Positions 43,515 to 54,178 of a DNA stretch of 64,000 bases are shown here, piece by piece. Below the pieces are notes generated by a model, which did not search any database, was not told where the DNA came from, and worked only from the letters and a program-made list of their open reading frames with translations. The stretch comes from Trichococcus sp. Lineage in GTDB: Bacteria > Bacillota > Bacilli > Lactobacillales > Aerococcaceae. The position numbers were made by a program, and so were the translations under genes. The number at the start of each line of letters is the position of its first letter. The first letter of the stretch is position 1. The stretch covers positions 2,968 to 66,967 of the forward strand of contig NZ_JBAVFV010000007.1 of NCBI RefSeq assembly GCF_049684335.1, read 5' to 3'.

Positions 43515-44855
43515 TCATTTTTTCAGACTGTTTTTGATCGTCTCGATTTCGCGTTGCAGAACAGGGTCTTTTTTTACGGAAAGGGCAATCTTGTCATGTG
43601 CGTGAATGACAGTCGTGTGATCCTTGCCGCCGAATTCGGAACCGATTTTCGGTAAGGAATTATCCGTCATCACTCGGGAAAGGTACATAGCGATTTGTCT
43701 TGGCACAACGATACCCTTGGTGCGCTTCTTGCCTTTCAATTCCTCGACGGTCACATGGTAATATTTCCCGACCGCTTGCTGGATGGCATAGATGGATAAA
43801 GCTTTTGGTTTTTCGGAAGGCATGATGCTCTTCAGAGCGTCAGCTGCCAGACTGGTGGTGATGTCGGTCCCTTGTATCGCTGAATAGGCTTGAACCCGGA
43901 CGAGGGCGCCTTCCAGTTCCCTGATGTTGGAATCTATCTGCCCAGCGATATAGCTGAGGGTGTCATCAGGGATTTCCAGGCGCTCGCTGTTGGCTTTTTT
44001 GCGCAGAATGGCGATGCGTGTCTCCAGGTCGGGCGGTGTGATATCAACCGATAAGCCCCAAGCAAAACGCGAGACGAGCCGTTCCTGTAGCTTAGGGATC
44101 TCGTTCGGCAAGCGATCGCTCGTCAGCACAATCTGCTTGCGTTCATCGTAAAGCGCATTGAAAGTATGGAAGAACTCTTCTTGTGTTCCTTCTTTGTCGG
44201 CAAAAAATTGAATATCATCGACCATCAATAAGTCGACGCTGCGGTATTCATTGCGGAATTGTTCCTGCGTCCGATTCTGGATGGAATTGATGAAATCATT
44301 GGCGAATGTTTCGCTGCTGACATATTTTACTCTGGCGGTTGGCCGTAGTTGCAACATTTGATGGCCGATGGCGTGCATCAAATGGGTCTTGCCTAAGCCT
44401 ACTCCCCCATAGAAGAAGAGCGGGTTGTAGATTGTGCCGGGTTCCTCCGCCACGACGAGGGCAGCAGCATGAGCCATCTGGTTTCCTTTTCCTATAACAA
44501 AGGTGTCAAAGGTATACTTGCTGTTCAGTTGGGCATCCTTGAAGAGACGATTGTTGTTGGTGCGTTTGATGGTCGGTTTTGCAATATCAGGCATTTCCTC
44601 ATTCTTGATCATAAAAATGGGAGTCAGTTCTTTGCCGCTGAATTCGTAGATACCTTCGACAATTCTGCTCATCAAATTATTTTGCCAATAATCTTTATGT
44701 AAAGAAGAGGGAACTTCGATGATGATATTCGTATCAGTCAGTCGGACCGGGACTGCGCTGTCTATCCAAGTATCGTAGCTGACTTTGGACAGTGATTCTT
44801 GAAATTTTTCTTGCAGATAACGCCATAATGAATAGATGTCATCCAAATGGGACAC
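43515..44855 (-). CDS. dnaA: Chromosomal replication initiator DnaA
   Basis: 446 aa with Walker [11 protein letters not shown] and the C-terminal DNA-binding domain ([11 protein letters not shown]). Confidence 0.97.
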   Translation of the reverse strand: MSHLDDIYSLWRYLQEKFQESLSKVSYDTWIDSAVPVRLTDTNIIIEVPSSLHKDYWQNNLMSRIVEGIYEFSGKELTPIFMIKNEEMPDIAKPTIKRTNNNRLFKDAQLNSKYTFDTFVIGKGNQMAHAAALVVAEEPGTIYNPLFFYGGVGLGKTHLMHAIGHQMLQLRPTARVKYVSSETFANDFINSIQNRTQEQFRNEYRSVDLLMVDDIQFFADKEGTQEEFFHTFNALYDERKQIVLTSDRLPNEIPKLQERLVSRFAWGLSVDITPPDLETRIAILRKKANSERLEIPDDTLSYIAGQIDSNIRELEGALVRVQAYSAIQGTDITTSLAADALKSIMPSEKPKALSIYAIQQAVGKYYHVTVEELKGKKRTKGIVVPRQIAMYLSRVMTDNSLPKIGSEFGGKDHTTVIHAHDKIALSVKKDPVLQREIETIKNSLKK

Positions 44856-45316
44856 CTCCTTTTAGTGAGTCCTTTTTATTTTAGCATTATATCAAAAAGT
44901 TTTCCACAACTCTTTTCATCTGTGAATAAAACAATTAACCGGTGCATAAATAGTTTTCCACAGGCTTGAGGAAGGTGTGGAAAAGGTTTGTGTGCGAAGT
45001 TGTTATCCACGGTCGGTTGTGGAATTCCACGTTTTCAAAACGTTGATTGTTACGGCGTTTGATACACTTTTCCACAGGTTTTGGAGGTGAGGTTTAGGTA
45101 GAAATACACACGCTGTAGGGATGTGGATAAATCGGATCGAAGGTGTGAGCAATCAAGAAGGCTGCAGGAGTTATCCCGTGCCATTGTGTATTAAAAAAAA
45201 GGTTGTGGATAATTTTATTTTGATGAGAATCAAATTTTTTTCAAGAAAGGTGTTTTATCTTTCAATTTTTTGTGCTATTATATCTCAGTGAGTTCAATAA
45301 AATGAACCAATTTTAC
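44856..45316. promoter_or_regulatory. oriC, upstream-of-dnaA half: DnaA-box array and the dnaA promoter region
   Basis: Perfect boxes lie at 45122 and 45204. One-mismatch boxes lie at 44900, 44921, 44954, 45003 and 45068, and a two-mismatch box at 44976. An AT-rich tract follows the boxes. Confidence 0.8.
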
Positions 45317-45346
45317 TTGACAGGTCACATTCTGTCTCTTTATAAT
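45317..45346 (+). promoter_or_regulatory. rpmH promoter
   Basis: TTGACA, 18 nt, TATAAT. Confidence 0.6.
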
Positions 45347-45416
45347 GTTAATGGACTGTCTAAACAGTGAAATATAACCTATTTGAAAGATAGTTTATCA
45401 GGAGGTGTAAAGATCA

Positions 45417-45551
45417 ATGAAAAGAACATACCAACCTAAAAAACGTCACCGTCAATCCGTTCATGGTTTCCGTAAACGTATGAGCACAAAAAACGGCCGT
45501 AGAGTATTAGCAAGAAGACGCGCTAAAGGCAGAAAAGTTATCTCTGCATAG
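45417..45551 (+). CDS. rpmH: 50S ribosomal protein L34 (below the ORF-track cutoff)
   Basis: [44 protein letters not shown] behind a CAGGAGGTG RBS. Confidence 0.95.
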   Translation: MKRTYQPKKRHRQSVHGFRKRMSTKNGRRVLARRRAKGRKVISA

Positions 45552-45776
45552 ATCACTGACCGTTTCAGTGGTCTTTTTTTTTAAGTATTTCGAAAAATGC
45601 AAAAATGTCTTTCTTAAATGGAGAGTATGACAAATGTGTCCAACAGAACCGAAAGCAGAGATGCCTCGGGAGTGGGTTCAGATTTGTGATGATAACGGAG
45701 AGAGAAATTTTTCTGTTTTTCTCCATTTGGGAGAGATTTTTTTTGCATGTTATGATTGCAGATTTGAGGGAAGAAC

Positions 45777-46121
45777 ATGAGGAAATCTTTTCGTGTTAAG
45801 AAAGAAAAAGAATTTCAGAAAGTATTTCATAATGGTGTGTCCAAAGCTAACCGCCAATTCGTGATCTATGTGCTCGATAAAAAGGAGCAACCGCATTTTC
45901 GGGTCGGTTTGTCCGTCGGCAAAAAAATCGGCAATGCTGTCGTGCGGAATGCTGTCAAAAGAAAGATTCGCCAGGCACTCACGGAATTGAAGGCAGATTT
46001 GGTTCAGGACATTGACTTCATCGTTATCGCGCGCAAACCGGTTGCTGAAATGTCGGCTGCGGAAGTCAAGAAGAGTCTGGTCCATGTCCTTAAGCTTTCC
46101 AGCCTTTTGAAAAATAAATAA
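45777..46121 (+). CDS. rnpA: RNase P protein component
   Basis: [25 protein letters not shown]...[14 protein letters not shown] (RNR motif). Confidence 0.93.
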   Translation: MRKSFRVKKEKEFQKVFHNGVSKANRQFVIYVLDKKEQPHFRVGLSVGKKIGNAVVRNAVKRKIRQALTELKADLVQDIDFIVIARKPVAEMSAAEVKKSLVHVLKLSSLLKNK

Positions 46122-46152
46122 ACTATATTATTCCTATTAAGGAGGAGTTCTC

Positions 46153-46983
46153 TTGTCAAAGCGTAAGCGATTACTTTTTACACTCAGCTTATTTGCTGTT
46201 ATGATGGTTTTGTCAGCGTGTGGAACGGAACCAATCACCTCGGAAAGTACGGGTTTTTGGGATCGTTATGTTGTTTTTAATTTCTCCAACATGATCGTGT
46301 GGTTGTCCCAACTATTTTTCAGTAATTATGGTCTAGGAATCATTGCCTTTACGATCATCATCAGGGTTATCCTGTTGCCGCTTAATCATTTCCAGACGAA
46401 GAGCACGAAAAAAATGTCGGCTGTTCAACCGCAGATAAAAGCGTTGCAGGCAAAATATGCCTCTAAAGATCGGGAAACGCAGGAAGTCCTGCAAAAGGAA
46501 GTTTCCAAGCTGTATGCGGATAACGATGTGAATCCCTACATGGGTTGTTTGCCTGTTTTGGTTCAGATGCCTGTCTTGATGGCATTGTACCAAGCAATCA
46601 GCCGAACTGAAATTTTGAAGAGCGGCAGCTTCCTATGGATGAACTTGGGAGAACGCGATCCATTATTCATTTTGCCGGTAGTGGCCGCCATCTTGACATA
46701 TGCCACAAGCAAGCTGACGATGATGTCACAGACGGAAGCGAATGCCGCGACAAAATCGATGACCTACACGATGCCGATCATGATTTTGATGATGGGTATC
46801 AACTTCCCGAGCGCCTTGTCATTGTACTGGGTAGCAAGTAATGCCTTCTCTGTCGGTCAAACGTTGATGCTGAACAACCCGTATAAGGCCATCCGCGAGC
46901 GCGAACAAGCGGAAGCACAAATAAAAGCGCGCGAAAAAGCATTGAAGAAAGCTCAAAATCCTAAAAAGAAAAAGAAAAACTAG
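46153..46983 (+). CDS. yidC: Membrane protein insertase YidC/SpoIIIJ (lipoprotein)
   Basis: Lipobox LSAC, then the 60-kDa inner membrane insertase core (RVILLPL...MPVLMALY). It has a basic C-terminal tail. TTG start. Confidence 0.9.
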   Translation: MSKRKRLLFTLSLFAVMMVLSACGTEPITSESTGFWDRYVVFNFSNMIVWLSQLFFSNYGLGIIAFTIIIRVILLPLNHFQTKSTKKMSAVQPQIKALQAKYASKDRETQEVLQKEVSKLYADNDVNPYMGCLPVLVQMPVLMALYQAISRTEILKSGSFLWMNLGERDPLFILPVVAAILTYATSKLTMMSQTEANAATKSMTYTMPIMILMMGINFPSALSLYWVASNAFSVGQTLMLNNPYKAIREREQAEAQIKAREKALKKAQNPKKKKKN

Positions 46984-47018
46984 TTATACTTTGAAGTAGG
47001 AAAGGATGACATTCTATT

Positions 47019-47834
47019 ATGGATAAAGTAATTGCGAAAGATACGACCGTTGATAAAGCGATTCGCAAAGGTCTGGATTTGTTGGGCGTTGATAGCCATG
47101 AAGCCGATATTGTCGTAGTCTCTGAAGGTAAAAAAGGGATTTTTGGATTCGGACAAAAAGAGGCAGTCGTGGAAATCACGCGCAAGGAAATCAGGGACTT
47201 TGATGAACCAGGCGATATCCAATTAGCTGAAATCGAAGAGACAGTCGAAGATATCGTAGAAGATCTTGAAGAGGATTATCCGGAAACTGCGGAAAAGATA
47301 TTGGCTGATCAACCTGAAATCGATAGACTGATTTCTTCCGATGAGGATGAGGAAGCCGAAGATTATGATGAAGAATCCGGCCGCGATGAAGCGATTGCCG
47401 CAGTGACCGAGTATCTTACTTCGGTATCTGAAGCATACGGAGCTCCTGCAATCGTGACGGTCGAAGAAAAGAACAATATGCTGATTTTCCAAATGGAAAG
47501 CGAAAAGGCAGGGTTATTGATCGGCAAATATGGAAAAATCGTCAATGCTCTCCAGATATTGGCACAAGCGTTGGTGCAACGCTATGTGCGTCGCCGCCTG
47601 TCCGTCATCGTGAATGTCGGTGACTACCGTGAGCGCAGAGCTGCCGTTTTGGAAAGTATCGCTGACCGTACTGCGGAACGCGTCATCAAAACGAAACAGC
47701 CCGTATTCCTTGAGCCGCTGCCTGCTTTCGAAAGAAAACAGATTCATGCGCGTTTGAGCCAGAACAAACGCATCAAAACCCATTCCGAGGGCAAAGAGCC
47801 GCATCGTTATTTGGTTGTTGAGATAGCGGAATAA
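47019..47834 (+). CDS. jag: Jag/KhpB RNA-binding protein (Jag-N, KH, R3H)
   Basis: The C-terminus LEPLPAFERKQIHARL...HSEGKEPHRYLVV is an R3H motif. The gene holds the conserved position after yidC. It has an acidic linker. Confidence 0.88.
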   Translation: MDKVIAKDTTVDKAIRKGLDLLGVDSHEADIVVVSEGKKGIFGFGQKEAVVEITRKEIRDFDEPGDIQLAEIEETVEDIVEDLEEDYPETAEKILADQPEIDRLISSDEDEEAEDYDEESGRDEAIAAVTEYLTSVSEAYGAPAIVTVEEKNNMLIFQMESEKAGLLIGKYGKIVNALQILAQALVQRYVRRRLSVIVNVGDYRERRAAVLESIADRTAERVIKTKQPVFLEPLPAFERKQIHARLSQNKRIKTHSEGKEPHRYLVVEIAE

Positions 47835-47844
47835 GCGTACATCC

Positions 47845-47892
47845 AAAAGCCATCACCAGGAATCAGCTTGATTCCGGATGATGGCTTTTTTG
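47845..47892 (+). terminator. jag terminator
   Basis: 20-bp stem AAAAGCCATCACCAGGAATC / GATTCCGGATGATGGCTTTT followed by a T-run. Confidence 0.8.
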
Positions 47893-47990
47893 CATGGGCG
47901 CTGTTCTTGCTGCGTGGCACTCAGAAGAGGTCGCAAATTATGCAAAGATGGACTAAACTGAAGATAATACAAACGGAAATGAGGGGTAGT

Positions 47991-48998
47991 ATGGAAGATT
48001 TCAAGGCTTTATGGGCAGAAAATGTAGATGCGAAAGTGGAAACGACGATCAGAACATTCAAAAAAGAGGACTTGCCTGAGGGTGAGGTGCTGATCGAAGT
48101 GCACTATTCGAGCGTCAACTACAAGGACGGGCTGGCCGGAACCAATCCGAAAAGCGGGGTTATCCGCAACTATCCTATTATTTTGGGGATCGATTTGAGC
48201 GGCGTGGTTGTGGAATCGCTCGACCCAACTTTCCAGGCAGGGGATAAGGTGATTGTGACTGGCTACGGTTTAGGTGTGAGTCATTTCGGCGGATTCAGCC
48301 AATATGCCCGGGTCCCTGCAGCCTGGGTCGTGCCGTTGCCGGAAGGGTTGAGCCTGAAGGAAGCGATGATCATCGGAACGGCCGGGTACACAGCGGCGGA
48401 ATCGGTGGATGCCTTGGAGAAGCAAGGCATTCAGCCACAAACGGGGAGTGTTTTGGTGACAGGGGCTTCCGGCGGTGTCGGCGGGATGGCGATTGCTATG
48501 TTGAAGCGTCTAGGGTATACGGTCGAAGCTGTGTCCCGCAAAAAAGCGGACTGCACGGATTACCTGAAGGTACTGGGTGTTGAAACGGTTCTCCATCCCG
48601 ATGAAGTGGCGCTGGAGAAGAAGCGGCCTTTGGCGCAGCAGCGTTGGGCGGCTATCATCGATCCGGTCGGCGGTCCGCTGCTGCCTGATTTGCTGGCGCA
48701 GCTGCATTACGGCGGCTGTCTGGCTTTGAGCGGAAATGCCGGCGGAATCGCATTCGAAGCGACCGTGCTGCCGTTCATCCTGAGGGGCGTCAAACTTGTG
48801 GGGATCGATTCAGTGAACCATCCTTACGCTGAACGCATCAAGCTTTGGGGGCGCATGGCAAGCGATCTGAAGCCGGAAAAGCTTGATTTGCTGGTCGAAC
48901 AGGAAATCACGCTGGAAGATTTGCAAGCGGCTTTCGGGAAAATCATGGACGGAAAGATGCATGGGCGTACGTTGGTGAAAGTGAAACAAGGAATATGA
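47991..48998 (+). CDS. YhdH/YhfP-family NADPH:quinone oxidoreductase (MDR superfamily, AcuI-like)
   Basis: From the ATG at 47991 behind GAGGGG. Contains VEVHYSSVNYKDGLA and the VTGASGGVG nucleotide-binding motif. Confidence 0.8.
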   Translation: MEDFKALWAENVDAKVETTIRTFKKEDLPEGEVLIEVHYSSVNYKDGLAGTNPKSGVIRNYPIILGIDLSGVVVESLDPTFQAGDKVIVTGYGLGVSHFGGFSQYARVPAAWVVPLPEGLSLKEAMIIGTAGYTAAESVDALEKQGIQPQTGSVLVTGASGGVGGMAIAMLKRLGYTVEAVSRKKADCTDYLKVLGVETVLHPDEVALEKKRPLAQQRWAAIIDPVGGPLLPDLLAQLHYGGCLALSGNAGGIAFEATVLPFILRGVKLVGIDSVNHPYAERIKLWGRMASDLKPEKLDLLVEQEITLEDLQAAFGKIMDGKMHGRTLVKVKQGI

Positions 48999-49118
48999 TC
49001 GGCTTGGCATAATCAAGAGAAACGGCAAGGAATCAGACAAATCCGATTCTTTTTGCCGTTTTTTTTTTGATGGTGTTGTCCACCTTGTTAACGCTTCATA
49101 AAATACGGAAAACAGGTA

Positions 49119-49216
49119 ACTTGTCTATACAAGTAAAGATAAAGCGGACAGAAAACGTTTGCAATGCAAAGTGTTCCGCGGTAAAATAGAAATGTCAGGA
49201 ACATGTATATACAAGT
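49119..49216 (+). promoter_or_regulatory. Two TreR-type palindromic operators, plus a cre-like site, upstream of the trehalose operon
   Basis: ACTTGTCTATACAAGT (49119-49134) and ACATGTATATACAAGT (49201-49216). The cre-like site is AGAAAACGTTTGCA at about 49150-49163. Confidence 0.6.
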
Positions 49217-49231
49217 CGAGGAGGAGAAAAA

Positions 49232-50677
49232 ATGGTAGATTTCAACAAAGATGCAAAAGATTTGCTGGAGTATATCGGTGGCCCCGATAATATTTCTGCA
49301 GTCAGTCACTGTGCCACCCGGATGCGTTTCGTTCTGAATGATCCGGCTGCCGCCAACATCAAGAAGATCGAAGACATACCCGCAGTAAAAGGAACCTTCA
49401 CCCAAGCAGGACAATTTCAGGTCATCATCGGTAATGAAGTGCCACAATTTTATAACGAGTTCGCGAAGGTATCCGGCAAAGAGGGCGTCTCAAAAGATGA
49501 GGCAAAAGCGGCAGCCAAGCAGAATCAGAATGTCGTGCAGCGTGCCATGGCTGTTCTGGCGGAAATCTTTACGCCGCTGATTCCGGCCATCGTAGTAGGG
49601 GGGCTTATCCTTGGGTTCCGCAACGTGCTTGAAGGAATCAATTTTGCCAACGGCACAATCGTTTCCAATTCTCAGTTCTGGACAGGCGTCAATGATTTCC
49701 TTTGGCTGATCGGTGAAGCGATTTTCCACTTCTTGCCAGTCGGCATCACTTGGAGCATCACGAAAAAGATGGGCACTACGCAAATTCTGGGTATCGTTCT
49801 CGGGATCACATTGGTATCACCGCAATTATTGAATGCTTATGGTGTCGCTGGCGCAGAACAGATTCCATTCTGGGATTTCGGTTCCTTCACGATCAACAAG
49901 ATCGGATATCAAGCGCAAGTCATTCCGGCCATGTTGGCTGGATTTGTGTTGGCCTATTTGGAAATCTGGCTGCGTAAATGGATTCCGCAGTACATTTCGA
50001 TGATTTTTGTTCCGTTGTTGGCCTTGGTTCCTACTGTCATCATCGCGCATACGGTTCTGGGTCCTATCGGTTGGACGATCGGACAATGGGTTTCCGAAGT
50101 CGTCTATGCCGGATTGACAGGGGACTTCAGATGGCTGTTCGGTCTGTTCTTCGGTACGCTCTATTCGCCGCTCGTCATCACAGGGCTTCACCATATGTCC
50201 AATGCCATCGACTTGCAGCTGATCGCCGATTTCGGCGGCACGAACCTGTGGCCGATGATTGCCCTTTCGAATATCGCACAAGGCTCGGCAGTAATGGCGA
50301 TTATCTTCCTGCACAGAGGAAATGAGAAAGAGGAACAGGTTTCCATACCGGCCGCCATTTCCTGTTACTTGGGCGTAACCGAGCCAGCCATGTTCGGGAT
50401 CAACATCAAATACATCTATCCGTTCGTTGCAGCGATGATCGGATCCGGCATCGCCGGTTTGGTGTCTACGACGTTCAACGTCATGGCGAACAGTATCGGA
50501 GTCGGTGGAATTCCTGGTTTCTTGAGTATCCAGACCGATTCGATGGCGATGTTCATCGTATGTATGGCCATCGCCATCGTCGTGCCCTTCCTGTTGACGA
50601 TTGTGTTCGACAAGAAACAACTTTTCGCTCCTAAAGGCGAAGTCGAGGATGCACCAGTTATCCAAACTCAAAAATAA
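49232..50677 (+). CDS. treP: PTS trehalose-specific EIIBC component
   Basis: EIIB motif NISAVSHCATRMRF and a glucose-family EIIC domain. A phosphotrehalase gene follows. Confidence 0.85.
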   Translation: MVDFNKDAKDLLEYIGGPDNISAVSHCATRMRFVLNDPAAANIKKIEDIPAVKGTFTQAGQFQVIIGNEVPQFYNEFAKVSGKEGVSKDEAKAAAKQNQNVVQRAMAVLAEIFTPLIPAIVVGGLILGFRNVLEGINFANGTIVSNSQFWTGVNDFLWLIGEAIFHFLPVGITWSITKKMGTTQILGIVLGITLVSPQLLNAYGVAGAEQIPFWDFGSFTINKIGYQAQVIPAMLAGFVLAYLEIWLRKWIPQYISMIFVPLLALVPTVIIAHTVLGPIGWTIGQWVSEVVYAGLTGDFRWLFGLFFGTLYSPLVITGLHHMSNAIDLQLIADFGGTNLWPMIALSNIAQGSAVMAIIFLHRGNEKEEQVSIPAAISCYLGVTEPAMFGINIKYIYPFVAAMIGSGIAGLVSTTFNVMANSIGVGGIPGFLSIQTDSMAMFIVCMAIAIVVPFLLTIVFDKKQLFAPKGEVEDAPVIQTQK

Positions 50678-50755
50678 AAAGTGAATTACTGGAGGCAAAA
50701 AGCTGTTAGTGAAGCTTTTTGCCTTTAGTCATAGTGAGAAGACGGGGGTATTACA

Positions 50756-52411
50756 ATGAAAGACTTTCAAAAAAAAGTGATCTATCAGCTTTATCCAAAA
50801 TCATTCAAGGACTCCGACGGCAACGGCATCGGTGATATCCAAGGGATCATCAGCAAAGTGCCTTATTTGGCGGAACTGGGCATCGATATGATCTGGATGA
50901 ATCCAATCTTCGTATCTCCGCAGATGGACAATGGATATGACATCACTGATTATTATGCCATCGATCCTGTTTTCGGCACGATGGCAGATTTTGAAGAACT
51001 GATCCGGAAATTGAAGCAGTACGGCATCGAAATCATGTTCGACATGGTGTTCAACCATACGTCGACTACGCATGAGTGGTTCCAGAAAGCATTAGCGGGG
51101 GACAAAGAGCACCAGGATTATTACATCATCCGCGATCCTAAAGAAGACGGCGGCCTGCCGACCAATTGGGGTTCGAAATTCGGCGGGGGGGCGTGGGCGC
51201 CATTCGGGGACACCGGCAAGTACTATTTGCATCTGTTTGATGTCACGCAAGCGGATCTGAATTGGCGCAACCCGAAAGTGCGCCAGGAACTGCAGGAAGT
51301 AGTCAATTTCTGGTTGGGAAAGGGCATCAAGGGTTTCCGTTTCGATGTGTTGAACCTCATCGGCAAGGATGTCGCGTTGGTGGACAGTGAAGGAAGCAAC
51401 GAAAAGAGCCTCTACACGGATCGACCGATCGTCCATGATTACATCCACGAGCTGAATCAGGCATCGTTCGGTACGCTGGAGGACATCATCACAGTCGGTG
51501 AAATGTCTTCGACCACTGTCGAGAACGGGATCCTTTATTCGAATCCGGACAGGAACGAATTGTCGATGATCTTCAGCTTTCACCATCTGAAGGTCGACTA
51601 CAAGGATGGTGAAAAATGGACGGATCATCCGTTTGATTTTCTTGAGCTGAAGCGGATTTTGAATGAATGGCAGGCTGGAATGTCGGATGGGAACGGCTGG
51701 AATGCACTGTTCTGGAACAATCATGATCAGCCGCGCGCCAACAGCCGCTTCGGCGATCCGATCCGTTATCCTTTTGAAACAGCCTCTATGCTGGCGCAAA
51801 CGATCCATCTGCTGCGGGGCACGCCTTACATCTATCAGGGCGAGGAAATCGGCATGACGAATCCGGATTATGACGACATCAGCGTTTATCGGGATATCGA
51901 GTCGCACAATGCCTACCGCGATCTGAAACTTGCCGGATTGACGCACCCGGAGGCCATGCGCATCATCAAACAAAAATCCCGCGACAACAGCCGGACGCCG
52001 ATGCAATGGGACAGCAGTCCGCACGCCGGCTTTACGACCGGCGAACCCTGGCTACAGGTCGCGGCCAATTATCCAGAAGTGAATGTCGAAAAGGAACTCG
52101 CGGAAGGGAAAATTTTCCGTTACTACCAAGAGTTAATCCGTATCCGCAAAGAGAATCCGGTCATTGCGGACGGTTCCTACGAGGGTATCCTGTTGGACGA
52201 TCCCGAAGTGTTTGCCTACATCCGGGAGAATGATACGGAAAAAGTGCTTGTCCTGAACCATTTCTATGCCGGCGATTATACGATCGCCATACCGGAAGGC
52301 TGGGCGAACAAGGCCAGCAGTTTCCTGGCCGGCAACTACGGGGAGAGGCAGCTTGCGCCGTCCTTCACGCTGAAGCCGTACGAAACCATCGCTTTCAGGA
52401 TAACCAAATAA
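50756..52411 (+). CDS. treA: Trehalose-6-phosphate hydrolase (GH13)
   Basis: VIYQLYPKSFKDSDGNGIGD, GFRFDV, GEM and FWNNHDQPR, the GH13 conserved regions. Confidence 0.88.
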   Translation: MKDFQKKVIYQLYPKSFKDSDGNGIGDIQGIISKVPYLAELGIDMIWMNPIFVSPQMDNGYDITDYYAIDPVFGTMADFEELIRKLKQYGIEIMFDMVFNHTSTTHEWFQKALAGDKEHQDYYIIRDPKEDGGLPTNWGSKFGGGAWAPFGDTGKYYLHLFDVTQADLNWRNPKVRQELQEVVNFWLGKGIKGFRFDVLNLIGKDVALVDSEGSNEKSLYTDRPIVHDYIHELNQASFGTLEDIITVGEMSSTTVENGILYSNPDRNELSMIFSFHHLKVDYKDGEKWTDHPFDFLELKRILNEWQAGMSDGNGWNALFWNNHDQPRANSRFGDPIRYPFETASMLAQTIHLLRGTPYIYQGEEIGMTNPDYDDISVYRDIESHNAYRDLKLAGLTHPEAMRIIKQKSRDNSRTPMQWDSSPHAGFTTGEPWLQVAANYPEVNVEKELAEGKIFRYYQELIRIRKENPVIADGSYEGILLDDPEVFAYIRENDTEKVLVLNHFYAGDYTIAIPEGWANKASSFLAGNYGERQLAPSFTLKPYETIAFRITK

Positions 52412-52418
52412 ACAGCAA

Positions 52419-52458
52419 GAAAAAGGAGATTCCTCATAAGCGGAATCTCCTTTTTTTC
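52419..52458. terminator. Bidirectional terminator (treA / DUF438 gene)
   Basis: AAAAGGAGATTCC...GGAATCTCCTTTTTTT. Confidence 0.8.
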
Positions 52459-52488
52459 TTGCCTGTGTGGTGTTGCAAAAGCGGTAGT

Positions 52489-53997
52489 TTAGGACAGTGT
52501 CCGCTTTTCGCCGTCAAGATCGATGATCGGTTGGATGTCCTGCACGTATTCAAGTGTTCCCATATAGCTGTCATCGTCATCCCTGACGGCGCGGTAGGTG
52601 ACCAGGATGAACTTGCCCATCGCGCGGAACCACATCGATTCGCTTTCTTTCGCGCCTGATTTTAGGTCGGTGAGCAGTTTCGTGACGATCGGCAGGCTCT
52701 TCGGTGGATGGCAGTTCATGACGTCGCGGCCAATCGCGCTGCTGGTGCGCTTGAAAAATTTTTCTTCGCCGTTGTCATTGTAGTAGCGCACGATATTGTC
52801 CGCATCGACAAAAGTCAATTCCAAAGGGATGTTGTTCAGCATCTTTTCCAATTGATGCGGCGTCAGATGCCCGGTTTGGAAAGTGATGTAAGAATTTGTT
52901 TCCGTCTGCTGTGTTTCATGTGAAACATCCTCGGGGATAGAACGTTCCGGCACCCATTTTGTTTCCGGTTTGACGATGCAGTAGCCGATCTCTTCGGACT
53001 CCTTGGCTATCTGCAGCCAGTGGTCCTCATTGAAGATGTCGATGATCATCGGCAGGAGGATGTCTTCTTCCTTCGTGATCATCTCCGTCATTTCGTATTT
53101 CAGATCGGAGAAAGCTTTGGGAATCGCGGCAAAGTCCTCGTTTTGCAGAATGGTTTTGAAGTCCTTATACATGGAGCGGATATCGTCATCGACACCCCAC
53201 ATGACTTTCGGCGGGGCAGTGATGCCTTTGTTCTCCATAATCGGGAAGAAGGCATATTCCTTGCGGGCATAATGCTTATCGAATTCGCCGAGTAGCGCCA
53301 ATTGTTTCTGGATGCCTGCCTTCAGGCTCGGTTCCTTCGTTTCAAGGTAAACGGCCAGTAATTTGCTGACTTTTTCCAGCGTGTTTTCGATGGCCAAATT
53401 TTCGAGTTTCATAACTTGGATCGGATGCCCGGCATGCTGCTGTTCCGCTGAAGTGGTGTAGACAGCTTCGATTGATCCGCCGAAGAGTGAGGCATGCACG
53501 TTGCAGAGGCGTTGGATGTCTTCGGCGTCTATCCCTTTGCCCATCAGGCCTTGCTCCATGACGGAAATCTCGTAGGCGCTGACGCCTGTGAAATGTTTCT
53601 TGAAGTCGGCTTGCACCGCATCCCAATCCTCTCCTCTATGCAAGCGCAGGATGAGGCTCTGCAGGATGTCTTGGCGTTCCTGGAATTCCGCTGAACCCAT
53701 GCGGGCAATTCCCCCGGTTGGAGCGGCGGGCTCTGCCGGTTCGCTTGGAGCAACCGTCCCCGGTGACGGCGCCAATTCCTTCACGCTGAATCCGTTGTTT
53801 GCCAGCATTTCGACGAATGTATCCTCCGGCACGTCGTTGCGTTTGAGAGCCTTCCCGATGGTCATGATTCGGCCGGCGGTATTCAGCATCTTGTCGCTGC
53901 GCAATGGTTCAAAGCCCAGACTGATGATGACTTCCCTGATTTCAGGGTATTGCTTCACCAGATTATAGACCGTATCGTTCAAACTGATTTCTTTCAT
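52489..53997 (-). CDS. DUF1858 / hemerythrin-like / DUF438 / PAS multidomain protein
   Basis: 502 aa. The N-terminus is DUF1858-like (TVYNLVKQYPEIREVIISLGF). The middle carries H/E-rich hemerythrin-like helices. The C-terminal part is PAS-like (FVDADNIVRYYN...). Recognised from memory. Confidence 0.6.
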   Translation of the reverse strand: MKEISLNDTVYNLVKQYPEIREVIISLGFEPLRSDKMLNTAGRIMTIGKALKRNDVPEDTFVEMLANNGFSVKELAPSPGTVAPSEPAEPAAPTGGIARMGSAEFQERQDILQSLILRLHRGEDWDAVQADFKKHFTGVSAYEISVMEQGLMGKGIDAEDIQRLCNVHASLFGGSIEAVYTTSAEQQHAGHPIQVMKLENLAIENTLEKVSKLLAVYLETKEPSLKAGIQKQLALLGEFDKHYARKEYAFFPIMENKGITAPPKVMWGVDDDIRSMYKDFKTILQNEDFAAIPKAFSDLKYEMTEMITKEEDILLPMIIDIFNEDHWLQIAKESEEIGYCIVKPETKWVPERSIPEDVSHETQQTETNSYITFQTGHLTPHQLEKMLNNIPLELTFVDADNIVRYYNDNGEEKFFKRTSSAIGRDVMNCHPPKSLPIVTKLLTDLKSGAKESESMWFRAMGKFILVTYRAVRDDDDSYMGTLEYVQDIQPIIDLDGEKRTLS

Positions 53998-54178
53998 AAA
54001 TTTTCCACCTCTATTTTAAATTGTGAAATGTTTCGTTTAGTTTAGTGCTAGCTTCATTATACTTGAAAGGAGTTGCCTAGTACCACAGCATTCGTGCGTT
54101 GCAGCGATAGTTAGGGCAATGCCTTAGAAAGCGGTTGTGATATAATGAAGACAACTAAGGCAGAAGGTGGGAAAAAAC

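Noticed and set aside
49826-52024. Long minus-strand ORFs (290 aa and 310 aa) across treP and treA
   Set aside because: They are antisense to strongly supported PTS EIIBC and GH13 frames, and their R/H/D-rich sequences have no recognisable domains.
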